DNA from: Macrostomum lignano
Lineage: Eukaryota
DNA length: 64,000 nucleotides
Direction: 5' to 3'
Assembly: GCA_002269645.1 (NCBI GenBank)
Contig: NIVC01003333.1
Span: forward strand, 39,703-103,702
The number at the start of each line of letters is the position of its first letter. Position 1 is the stretch's first letter. The translations under genes were made by a program, and so were the position numbers. Shown in pieces: positions 33,830 through 45,500 of the stretch. The notes under the pieces were generated by a model that saw only the letters and a program-made list of their open reading frames with translations, was not told the origin of the DNA and did not search any database.

Positions 33830-36729
33830 ATGTCATTATCAAAGATCCGCTCCACGAAGTTCATCGATGCCTGGCGCAATCGCACCATCCATGGCCAGAA
33901 GTGCGAAATCTGGCTACATGCTGATCCACAGGATGACACGAAGGCTATCTGTACCCTTTGCTCAAAGGCGCTGCATATAGGATCTGCCGGATTTGGTGCT
34001 GTTGAGTGCCATGCCAAGACAAAGAAGCATATAGATATGTATGCTGTTCGAATGGGCTTTGGATCGCAAGAGGCAGCAGCAAAGCCGATTGACTCATATT
34101 TCAAGCCCACGGCTGCGACTGGAGGAAGTGGCAATGCCGGCACAAGTAAGCTGCAAGCTCAAGTCATGGAAGCTGAACTGCGTCATTCCCTGTCGGTTGT
34201 CGAACACCACCAATCGTTTGCAAAGTCTGACCATGAGGTCTACAGGGAGAGGTGGGCTAACGCCCCCGACTGCCGGCAATCCGCGCGGCTGTCCCCTGTC
34301 CCTCCCCCGCCCTTCGCAGGGCCCTGCTTGGACTCAACCGCAGGGACATCAGGGCGGTTACCATGGCCCTCTCGGTCATGGCTGCTTTGCCAGGCATCGT
34401 TACCTCCAGGAGAAAATCCGCAGTGAGGAATGCCCTTTCTGCCTCTCCGGTGTCGAGAATGCGGAGCACTTCATCTGTGAATGCCCCGCCTTTACTCAGG
34501 ACAGGCTCACCTACCTCGGCCCAAACCCGGACCTCTCCGACGTTTTCAGGCCCGAGAATCTCTGCCAGCTCGTCCGCTACCTAAGGGCTACCGGGCGAGC
34601 GACAATCCACCTCCTGGACTCTCCGGAGGGGGACCGCGCTGCGGACGCCGGCGCCACCGGAACTCCCTGCGCGACACCGCAGCACTAGCTGCCCGTGGTC
34701 GCCAGGGGTTAGCGAAATAAGCGGCAACGCCTCCTCGCTGTTTCCGGACGCACGGAGCCCCCTGCAGCTAAGTCAAGTAAGTCAAGAGGTCTACAAGGCT
34801 ATGTTTCCTGACAGCCAAATCGCAATGAAGTTTTGCTGCAAACGGAACAAGACATCGTATCTTGTTACCGATGCTATTGCCCCAGTGCTGCGAGAGGAAA
34901 TTGTGCAGGACCTTAATTCCGGCAGTGGATTCTTCAGCCTAGGAATTGACGAGTCAAACGAGATCATGAGTGCGCGGAAGTTTCTAGTAGTCGTGATTTT
35001 CGTCGTTTCCATCAAGCGCAAGCAGCTTTTGTCCATTCCCCTGCAGACAGTTCAGGTGACAGATGGAAAGGCAGCAACCTTGGAGACTGCAGTACTTGAG
35101 GCCTGTTCTGATTTGTCGCTTCCACTTCGCAACTGCGTTTCAATAATGTCGGATGGTCCGTCCGTCATGGTGGGGCGACACAAAGGCTTTCACACGCTGA
35201 TTCGAAAGCATGCTCCTCAGCTGCTAGAGATGAACACCTGCATTTTGCACCACGTTTCCAACGCTGTTCGGCAAGCTTGCGACAAGCTTGGAAAGGACGC
35301 AGAGAATCTTGCGGATCTGGTGCACTCCTACTTCAACTATACTTCACGATGGACTGACTACGAGCACACCCAAAGCCTTCTTGACCTTCAACGCCAACGC
35401 TTCCTGCGGCGTGTGGAAACCCGCTGGGTGCAGCTTTTGCCGGTTGCCAACCGACTTGTCGAGCAATTGCCAGGCTTGCGCGAATAGCCGAATACTTCAA
35501 GAAACATCGCAGGTCAAATGCCCAAGGAAACTTTGAAAACGGGCAAGTCCAGCGCATCTGCGAGCTACTCAAGGACAAGGAGGTGGAGTTTGACATTTTA
35601 TTTTTGCAAGCAGTTTTGCCGATGCTCGACGCGTTTGAGAAGGAATACCAGCAAAAGAAGGTGCTTATTCACAAGATGTACGCGACTGTTCGGCAATTTT
35701 TTCGAGAAGTGCTGAGCTGCTTTATGAAGGTGGACTACATTAGTGCCAATTCATCGCATTTGACTAGAATGAAAATTGACTTCGAGCACTGCCTTTCTGA
35801 CCGCGACATCTTCGTTGGTGAGAAGGCTCGGGCTTTGCTGTCAGACTGTTCTAAAAGGATACAAAAGCAGTGCATTGTCCGTGCGAGACAGTTTTACATG
35901 GAGCTTGCCGTGTACCTGCAATCGCATCTTCCTCTGGCCGATGCCACCCTAAGGCAGGCCCAGTTTCTCAATCCTGCAACGATTTCAGAGACTTCCTCCG
36001 ATTTTCCGACTAAGTTGGCCAAGACATTGAAGTTTGCTGAAGACGAGGTGACGGCAATTGACCGAAAATGGCGTGCACTTACCCTTTCTGTTGCTACCAA
36101 CGAACTACGCATCCCCTTAGACCAGGCTGAATCAAGTGCATTGGACTTTTGGTTCTCGGTGGCCGAACACAAGGGCTTGTCTGGAGAGCCGAAGTTTCCG
36201 AACCTGTGGCGACTTGCTTCGGCCATTCTAACAGTTCCTCATGGTAACTCTGATGCGGAACGCGCCTTCTCAGCAGCCTGTAGATCTGCTGGCTAGAAAA
36301 CGCAACTCCTTGTATTCCTTCACAGTCGACGCATGCCTGTTGATCAACGGGTTTCTGAAGGCTACGGGTCTTACTTGCGAAACGTTTGAGTTTGGCCCGA
36401 GGTACATCGCCGAGGGCTTCAATGCCAGACAAAACCTGTCTGTTAGACAGCGGCGCATGCAGAGGGAAGAAGAGCTTCGCGAGGCACGCCTGGCACAAGA
36501 AGCTGCCAGTAGTGCTAGATCGGAGAAGGAAGGAAGGCTGGCAGAGAAGATGCTGCAGCATAAGGATAAGCAGCGGCTGCTTGATGCCGAAACGGAGAAG
36601 GCAAACGCCCTGCTAGAAGAATACCAGCGAAAGATGCTCGCCCAGCAAGTGAAGCGAAAGACGCTCGAGAAGGAAGGAAAGCAGTTGGCTGAGAAGAAGC
36701 GCAAAACATCTGGTGCACACAAAAATTGA
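33830..36729 (+). pseudogene. hAT transposase, disrupted by a LINE insertion, an 8-bp insertion and a frameshift
   Basis: BED-like CTLC...H..TKKH; FSLGIDES (first catalytic D); SIMSDG; CILHHV; VETRW; FW...FPNL.RLA.AILTVPHGNSDAERAFS dimerisation motif. Removing 34245-34795 restores SDHEVY-KAMFPDS in frame. Confidence 0.9.
34245..34785 (+). mobile_element. 5'-truncated non-LTR retrotransposon (I/Loa/R1-like 3' end) nested in the hAT
   Basis: 10-bp TSD GAGGTCTACA (34235-34244 and 34786-34795); (TAAGTCAAG)-type tail; encodes [16 protein letters not shown]...[17 protein letters not shown] domain. Confidence 0.85.
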
Positions 36730-37061
36730 AAAGGGAGATGAACTATGAACATATGTCATGTGCACATGTGCACACAAAAATTGAAAAGGGAGATGAACTA
36801 TGAACAAATGTCATGTGCAGATGACGGGGAAGCGTGGTGTGCTACTAATGTACTATTTGCTACTCTGCTATGACTGGTATTATGGTATTAGTACTATGGT
36901 ACAACTTTCTTCTCACTTGTCGCTTTCCCACGAGTAGGGGTGTTTGTATGTATATTCCGAAAAAATAATATGCGAAGCATACAGTTCATGTAAGATTGGA
37001 AAAGTGCGTGCGTGTTTTTTTTACACTGCATCTTTTTAATTTTTTGTCTGTCACAGCACTG

Positions 37062-37212
37062 GTCTCAGCCCTAGTGATAATTGAACCTCAGGGTCTCAAT
37101 CCTAGTGATCATTGAACCTCAGGGTCTCAACCCTAGTGATCCTTGAACCTCAGGGTCTCAACCCTAGTGATCCTTGAACCTCAGGGTCCCAACCCTAGTG
37201 ATCCTCGAACCT
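37062..37212. repeat. 31-bp minisatellite, right part
   Basis: Continuation of 32830-33026. Confidence 0.9.
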
Positions 37213-38175
37213 CAAAATTTCAATCTCAAAATCCCAGGGTTTTTCAATATACACATTTTTTCATCTCTAATGCAATTGTCAAAAAAGTAAAATGGCAATG
37301 GTGGGATGTTTTTTTATATATAAAAAAATAATATTGACAATATAGAATGACAACCAAAACACTAAGGGCTTTTGATATTGTACTTTTTACAAAATTAACT
37401 TAATTTACTTTACTAACAAAGTTATTTTAGATAAGACAAAAATACTGATGGTTAGAACACTTTGTGCTTTCAAAAAGAAAATATACCTATATAGATTATT
37501 CATTATTTAATATGGGATGCATAGAATGCTGTGCATTTACAAGCTGCTTTATTTAAACTAGAAAAAGCTCCAAATGCTTAGTTAATTGCAAATCATAAAA
37601 TAATTGGACAAATATGAAACAGCAAAAATAGTGTGTGATTACTATTAATAGTGGTAATAATTTTATCAGAAATTTTTTGTTTAAATATTCTTTAAAGTGA
37701 ATATTAAAATTAAAGTATTTTTTTAATCTTCTAACATTCACATTAAATTTGCCTATGTTTTTAAAGTGAAAATTAATATTCACCCTATTTTGTTATAATG
37801 CTTATTTGTTTAAATCATGTCTCAGAATTAATATTGACTATGTCCTCCAAATAGTATAAATAGATGCAAGCTGTTAGCAAAATTTTATTCTAAGACACAC
37901 ACAGGAAAAATAGACCATTCATTAAATAATAATATTGCTACCAATAAAGAATACAGAATGCTCCAGATATTTACTTAGATATATTATTAGATTTACACTT
38001 AGACCTATTATGAAATAAGCCAAGTCATGCTAGTTGCAATTAGCTACAAAAACTCTTAGACCCAGGCACTAGGTAAACAAGTCAATATATATATATATAT
38101 ATTTATATATTTTGTTGAGAACTCCATTGTATATAGAAAGGGTGTAGGCAGTATACACAGAAGTACACAAAACTA

Positions 38176-39363
38176 TGAGGGGTGTCCCAAAAGTCGGTGC
38201 ACTTTCTTCGCTACAGCCTTTTCTGACCAATCAGAAATATTTATTTTGTAGCAGTTAACAAGAGAATTATCTGCCCGTTAAAATGACTTTCTATTTATTT
38301 CTGTATCTGCTGGCATTCTTGAGATATGAGCACTTTTCTGCCCCAACCCCTGTGCTACTTCTACAAATTGCCATAGACCAAAGCTTTGTACCTGATGCAC
38401 GAAACAACGAAACATTCAACGAATCAATAAAACATCTGCAACATGAAAGCTGAAGAAAGAACAGTCAGAAGTTAATCATCAACATTGTCCTGAGGCTTCT
38501 CCACATAGTCACCACTGCGCTGCACACACTTCTGCCATCAGCTGTGCATGTCGTCAAGGGCATCAGCAATGGCATCGACAGATTCAGGAATTGCTTGACA
38601 CTGATGCCAGACTGACAGTTCATGAGATTGCGGACATGCTTGGCAGTCCAAAGTTCACTGTTCCACACCGCACGATGACTGCGGAGTTGGAACTGCCAAA
38701 GATCTCGGCCCGCTAGGTACCGCAGCTCCGCACCTTCTGCACCATGACAACGCAAGTCCCCACATGGCCAAGAATACGGAGGAGATGATCGAGCAGGCAA
38801 ATTTTGAGCTGCTCTCACACCCACGCCTTCTCTCCGGATTTGTCACCAGCTGACTTTTCCATCTTTCCAAAGATGAAGAAGCTGCTGCATGGACGAATCT
38901 TTGCTTGTTGTGGGAGCCTGGAAGCATTGACTCGCCAAGTTCTCCTTCATGAGATGCCGCGCTCAGATTTTGCTGATGCCCTTGACGACATGCACAGCCA
39001 ATGGTAGAAGTGTGTGCAGCGCAGTGGTGACTATGTGGAGAAGCCTCAGGACAATGTTGATGATTAACTTCTGACTGTTCTTTCCTCAGCTTTCATGTTG
39101 CGGATGTTTTATTGATTCATTGAATGTTTCGTTGTTTCGTGCATCAGGTACAAAGCTTTGGTCTATGGCAATTTGTAGAAGTAGCACAGGGGTTGGGGCA
39201 GAAAAGTGCTCATATCTCAAGAATGCCAGCAGATACAGAAATAAATAGAAAGTCATTTTAATGGGCAGATAATTCTCTTGTTAACTGCTACAAAATAAAT
39301 ATTTCTGATTGGTCAGAAAAGGCTGTAGCGAAGAAAGTGCACCGACTTTAGGGACACCCCTTG
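38176..39363 (+). mobile_element. Non-autonomous mariner derivative with ~395-bp inverted arms
   Basis: TA TSD; ends TGAGGGGTGTCCCAAAAGTCGGTGCAC / GTGCACCGACTTTAGGGACACCCCTTG; remnants RLTVHEIADMLG..KISAR*VP, HHDNASPH, SPDLSPADFSIFPKMK, KCVQRSGDYVEK. Confidence 0.9.
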
Positions 39364-40316
39364 TACAAAAGTAAATATTAGAGCACACAAGCCACACATA
39401 AGAAGACATATACTCAGACTTATACTGAGACTAATACTCAGACTAATACCCAGGCCCTATTCTAAGATCTATGCTCATTAGTTAATTATAGTTTACTACA
39501 ACTTTGGTGACAGCTACATGGGATAATTTTTAAGACAACAAAAATCCCTGTCAAAACTTTGGTAGCTTAACAATAGGATAGAAGAACAAGCCCTATAACA
39601 ACTTAATGGCTTAGTGGTAGAATTCAAGAAGTCACCCCTTTATCAATAGCTATAAGTGTAAAAAATAAAAGATGTCAAATTTAACTATCTAAAAATTTAT
39701 AAATAATGTGAATATAACATACTACTTATAAGTGCAAAAGCATCTGCATAATCATTCTTTTTAAGTAGCTCTAATATTGGTTAGGGTCAATGAATTTGTA
39801 TGATTTTTTTGCACTTGATTTCAATGTAATGGTATAACAGTAGTTAGATATAAATTCAAGCTTTTTGTCCTATCTCCTTAAGGGCATTGCAAATGTTCTC
39901 ATTTGTCTACACCTTGCAAGCAATCTAAGGCATTGTCAAAGTTGCAGCAGCTACTCCTTTGTTTTAATATTGGCTATGGAGTCTAGTAGAAACATTAATA
40001 ATGCCCATCCAGTCTTTGGCTATGATTTAAGGCTTCATGTAGTGTTTCTAGCTATCAAAAGTGCTTTTCTAACCAAATATGTTTTAGCAGTTCTCAAATA
40101 CTCATTCTATCAAAAATATCATGTGCTGTTTGTCTTTTAAGATCAAGCAAGATAGGTAAAAGGTATTAAATAAAGAGCAAAGATTCTATAAGACAAAAAT
40201 CACTTTCCTTTTTAGAGGGCTAATATAATAAGCAAGTTTTTTGCATAAACTTTAGAAATACAGGTGAATTTCTTTATGAATTAGTTTTCAAAAGTGGCCT
40301 ATAAATATATTTTACT

Positions 40317-40535
40317 TTATAGTAGTACTAACAGTTTCATTGGTTGCATCCACATTAATGTCAAGGAAAGGGGAGCTTTCTGCAGTCTGCTTCTTCCTTT
40401 AACAGTGAATTGGATATTTGCATAGGTAGAGTTAATGGCTTCAAAAAACTCATCCTTCTTAGTTTCATCTTCAAAGATAGTGAAAGCATCATCAACATAA
40501 CATTTGTAGAAGCTAAGAGTGCAAGAAAGAGTCAT
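40317..40535 (-). pseudogene. Penelope-like element reverse transcriptase fragment
   Basis: YVDDAFTIF...DEFFEAINSTYANIQFTV followed, after frameshifts, by LP-FLDINV; matches the PLE RT C-terminal motifs. Confidence 0.7.
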
Positions 40536-40582
40536 CTAGTTCTTTTCTCAATGAGCCATGCAAAGATTAGCCAAGGTAAGAG

Positions 40583-40772
40583 CAAGGAGTTCTATAATTA
40601 GCAATCTGGAGTGGAAACGGTTTTACCTCATGAGGCCACGCAAATTGTTAAGATAAGGAGCCAGCACTGAATGTCTATGGCTCTGTTGGACTCTGTCTAT
40701 GCTAGTCTGGGCTCATGAGGTAAAAGTGAAAAACTCGTTTCCACTCCAGGTTGCTAATTATAGAACTCCTTG
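40583..40772. mobile_element. 190-bp MITE with long TIRs
   Basis: CAAGGAGTTCTATAATTAGCAATCTGGAGTGGAAACG / CGTTTCCACTCCAGGTTGCTAATTATAGAACTCCTTG; TSD GTAAGAG (7 bp), or GGTAAGAGC (9 bp) if the ends are one base shorter. Confidence 0.8.
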
Positions 40773-41065
40773 GTAAGAGCCAGGGGACTGTCTATGGCAC
40801 AGCTATTAATCTGCCTATAATATTGTGTTGGAAAAGAAACATGCCCAAAGTGGCAGAGCCAAAACATTGAAAATTGCATTGATAACTATTAGAGTCAAGG
40901 GGTATTTTTATTAGCAGTCTACTGTAACTATATAATATCCTGATTTTGGTAAGGGTCCATTTTGGTGACAACTTTTTTGGCAACATTGTTGATATATTCC
41001 ATTATAAACAAATTGTAATGATCTCTCTCTCACTCTTTTTCTCATTGAAAAGTAATTAAATAATA

Positions 41066-41332
41066 AATGACAAAATTACCTTAGCTGCAGGGTTGTCTGA
41101 AGAATGACAAATTACCTTAGCTGCAGGGTTGCCTGAAGAATGACAAATTACCTTAGCTGCAGGATTGTCTAAAGAATGACAAATTACCTTAGCTATAGGG
41201 TTATCCAAAGAATGACAAATTACCTTAGCTGCAGGGTTGTCCAAAGAATGATAAATTACCTTAGCTGCAGGGTTGTCCAAAGAATGATAAATTACCTTAG
41301 CTGTAGGGTTGTCCAAAGAATGACAAATTACC
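41066..41332. repeat. 36-bp tandem repeat (~7 copies)
   Basis: AAGAATGACAAATTACCTTAGCTGCAGGGTTGTCCA. Confidence 0.9.
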
Positions 41333-42579
41333 ACATGTGTTATAAACAAATCGTAATTAACTCTCTGCCTATGTATTGTTGAAAAGTACAATTACATAAT
41401 ATATTTATAATTATATTTATTAATTTATTTGTTTAGACAGAAGGAGATATAGGGCAAGAGCAAGTAAATTAGAACATATATGTTGTGGCTGCTGGCCAAA
41501 TGAATAAAATCAATTCACTTGAGATGAAGGAGAGGAGAGGTGCGGAGAGGTAGCTCTCTACTAGTGAATATATATATTATATGACTGATACTCATAGATG
41601 TACATCAGTGCATGTACATTGCATAATGCACATACACAACAAAGTATTGTATATATTATATAATGTATATGCTGTATATATAGGCTTTGTTTTACCATGT
41701 TTATTGTTTTTATCATGTTTTATTACATGGCTTTGTTATATCTGTGCTGATTTATTGCAATCAACTAGGCCTATTGAGGCACTCCTGCTTGCTTGCAGCC
41801 ACTTAAATATACTTATAGAATAGTAAATTATATTATTTTTGCTTTATTTTTATTTTATTTGTAATTTTATTTGCTAATTTTTTTATTATAACCTACTGCA
41901 TTGGTACTATGAGTCTGTTGCCAAAAAGTTTGTTGCTATAATGACTAATGCTGAAATTGTTTATTGCCAAAATTGACCAGATTCCTGATTTTTACCCATT
42001 AGCCAATATGACAAACATAGTATAGAAATTTAACATAATTATAACTAAAGTGTTTATACAAGATAGTGGCAATCCTTTGGTTTATGATTACCTCAAATAG
42101 GGACAATCACCATATAAAAAGTTATAAAACATAAAAACCAATGGTAGTTTCAAATAATCATAAATGTTTTCAAATGTCAAATGTTTGCTAGTAGTAATAT
42201 ATCACCTTTGCTTTATGATCATCCAAATGTACATTTCTTATTCAAATGATTGTAAACCAAAGCTGGCTATAGAAAACCATGTCAAATAGTCACAGAAAAC
42301 CATTGCTCATTCATTTTGGAAAGGCATATTTGAAACTAACAAAAAGATGCAAAATTAAAAGTCTGCAAAGCAATTTATTGGACAATACTTATATATCAAC
42401 TTCAGTTTATGATCATTTGAATGTGTTACACATATAAAAATGATTGTGAACCAATGCTGGGTAAAAGTTAAGAGCTTCCAATTCCATTATGCTTCTATTT
42501 AGGAGTTTATGAACAATATATGGCATAGAATTGGAAGCCACAGTATAGTGCTTTCAATATTTCATATTTCAATACCCAT

Positions 42580-45500
42580 CCCGATCAAAAAGAAGTTGTC
42601 TTAAGACGTCTTAGAATGGTCTTAAGATGGCTAAAGACACCTCAAGACAATTTCAAGATATCTTCCACTTTGCTTCCACAAGCTATCCTGATAAAGTTGT
42701 CTTGAAGATGACTTGAAATTGACTTTTATGAGATGTCTTGTTGAAGACATCTTTAAGACATCACCTTAAAGACTAAAAATTTACATAAACAACTGTTTCT
42801 ACTGTAAGTAGGAAGTTTCAGATACAAATTTATCTAGATCGTTAAAATCAATAAATAATAAAACAAGCAACTATTGTGACATTTATCAAAAAATTTTGTT
42901 GTATTGTAGTCTGTGGAAGGTGTGCCTATTATTAAAAATCCTTTACGCTTTTGGAGTGCAATTATATGCAATTTTTTGTATTGAGTCGTTACAAACTCTG
43001 AGACAAAGTTTAACTACAACAGTTTTGATTGGAGTAAATATATTTACAAAATTCTAAACAGCTAAGCATTAAAAAAGACTAAGTTGCAATATATATCGGT
43101 GATGCTTTTGTTAAAAACAGCTAAAATCAATATGGCGGAACGACATTTTTAAAAAGGACTAAAAGACAACCTTGTTGGGTCGTTCTCAAAGCTAGGTCAC
43201 AACTTTTTGTTATTGCAAAAAAAGTTTATACATCGACCAATAATCGTACAAAAAAAATTCTTTTGACAATTTCTGTAAGAAGCTGCTACTAAAACCACAA
43301 GAAAACTTGAAATTGAGAAGAAATCAAGGCTATTTGTTATTCTTTGTTGCGGAAAATAAACGACAAAAATATTAAAGAGAAAATAAAATTTTCTTCCATT
43401 TTTATTTTAAATATGCAGTTAAATTTCTTTTGCAAAAATAAAAGAACAAGAAATTGACATAGGAAATGTTTTTGAGCACAGCATTTTGTTACTCTGCTCT
43501 AAATCCCAGACATTTAAAATTATCGTGTGCGAAAAAGTGCGAAATTATTATAGCATGCACTCGAAAGAACTTCGATCAGTTTAACTAATCACTGAATTGA
43601 GAAGTCTAAATAAGTCTTGAAAGGTTGAATTAAAAATCAAGTTTTCACTATGTATCTTTTCAAAGGCAAGATGATTCGACAAATAAAGAATGTTCATTTT
43701 TACCTTGAATAGAATTGTTCATTTTTACATTAAATATAATAAAATCTAACTAATAATAGAAAAAGTCAGGGAACTATCCTTGAACACCAAAAAGCACATT
43801 GTGGATTTAATATCGACTGCATGTTCCTTAATAAAGGAATTCAGATACTAGTATATATTTGATTATTTGTAGCATAATTTCTGAAAACTATAACTTGCTT
43901 GATTTTACTTTAAGTACTCATTACATTAATACTTATACCAAAGCTACATGTACTTAAAATAAAAAATCATAGTTACTTATTAGACATTTTACTCCAATTA
44001 ACTTAAAATAATTCAAATTTATTTTAATTAATTCATTTTTTGAAACTTTTTGGAAAATAGACAAAATTGAATTATTTAATTACCAAAAACCTACTAGCTT
44101 AACTAAAATAGCAATTAGTCTTTAAGAAAAGATTTCACTTGTTAATTGAGAAAAATGAGGATGTGCGAGGTGTAAAAATGCGAAAGAGCATGCAGGAAAC
44201 AGAGACAAACAAAAATGTAGGTAAAAGACACTGCACATGCACATAATATGATAACCAGACATAATGCGCACACTGAAACACCAGTAGCAATGACGCCCAA
44301 GCTTTTGATGATCACAAGCGAAAAGGCAAAACCCAGCCATCAATCAGAGAAGTAGACTATAGCACGCATCTTGAGTGCATCACGCATTTTTTGCAGAGAA
44401 GCTCGAAAATTAACATTGTATTCTGTGCACAACCACCAACTGCGACAGGGTCTTCCGGGGGATTTGTGGGCACGCGGTCGCGGATACAAATCGGAGGAGT
44501 CGCTGACCATTCTGAAATTACTAGCTAGTACATGTAATTTTGTGTATTAATATATTTAGCCCGCTTTATTTCTATGCTCTCGTCTGCCTCTCGTTAATGC
44601 ATCCCCAGACTCATGCAATAATCAAACTTATGATCGAACTATGCATGGCTTCCGTCCCTCGCTTTGAATCTCTCACCTCCCCATAGTTCCATCAACCTTA
44701 CCGTAGTGGCTTCCTATGCAAAAATCATCCCTCCGCATCTTACACAGGCTACTTCAGGCTGTAGACTGTACTACACTATTAATTAGTTGCGCTAAGGAAT
44801 CTACATGTATTTGCTCGCAGCGCAGCGCGCTGCTCAAAGAAGTTTAGACTTTAGATCTGTCTAGATATTCTAGTAATTTCAGGTTTGTCCATAGACTAGA
44901 GCTCATGAGATGAGAATTCCATTAACTAGTACGTTTAATGTGAATGAACTGCGTGTGTGTGTGCTGTGCATACATATGTATAATATACAAGTAGTTTATG
45001 GGCCAAATTATTGTGTGGCACAATTCTTGGCATCACTCAGCAGGCACAAGATGCAGTTAAGCAGCGCACGAAAATTCTACAAAAGAAATTGAGCCTGGTT
45101 GAGGTGATGCGAGGAGGCAGATCCACACAATCTCAGTGAATACACCAGACTGCACCAGATACGAGTCCAGTCGAATGTGCGCACTGGTCTAAGCAGCACA
45201 CGCATGTCCTCCTGACAATGACGGCACCTAGCTTCGTCCAAGCCTTTGCCAGCGTCACTGACAGCGTCAATACTACCATGCAGTGCCACCTGCAGCACCG
45301 ACAACGGCAATTCCTCCAGTTAGCCCACAACAGTGGCTAAACTGAGGGACAGGGAACCTACCCACAGAAGACACACACATACACACACAGCACCGGCAGC
45401 AGCACTCTGACAGCATAACCCAAAGCTCCATGAGCTCAGTTTTCAAGCATTGAAGAAGCAGAAGCAGTCATCTTGGATCCAGGGATCAGGAAGAGTGTTG

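Larger units (their letters stand above)
33028..37061 (+). mobile_element. hAT DNA transposon (~4.0 kb), inactivated
   Basis: 14-bp perfect TIR CAGTGCTGTGACAG / CTGTCACAGCACTG; flanks GTCTCC / GTCTCA; internal hAT transposase. Confidence 0.9.
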
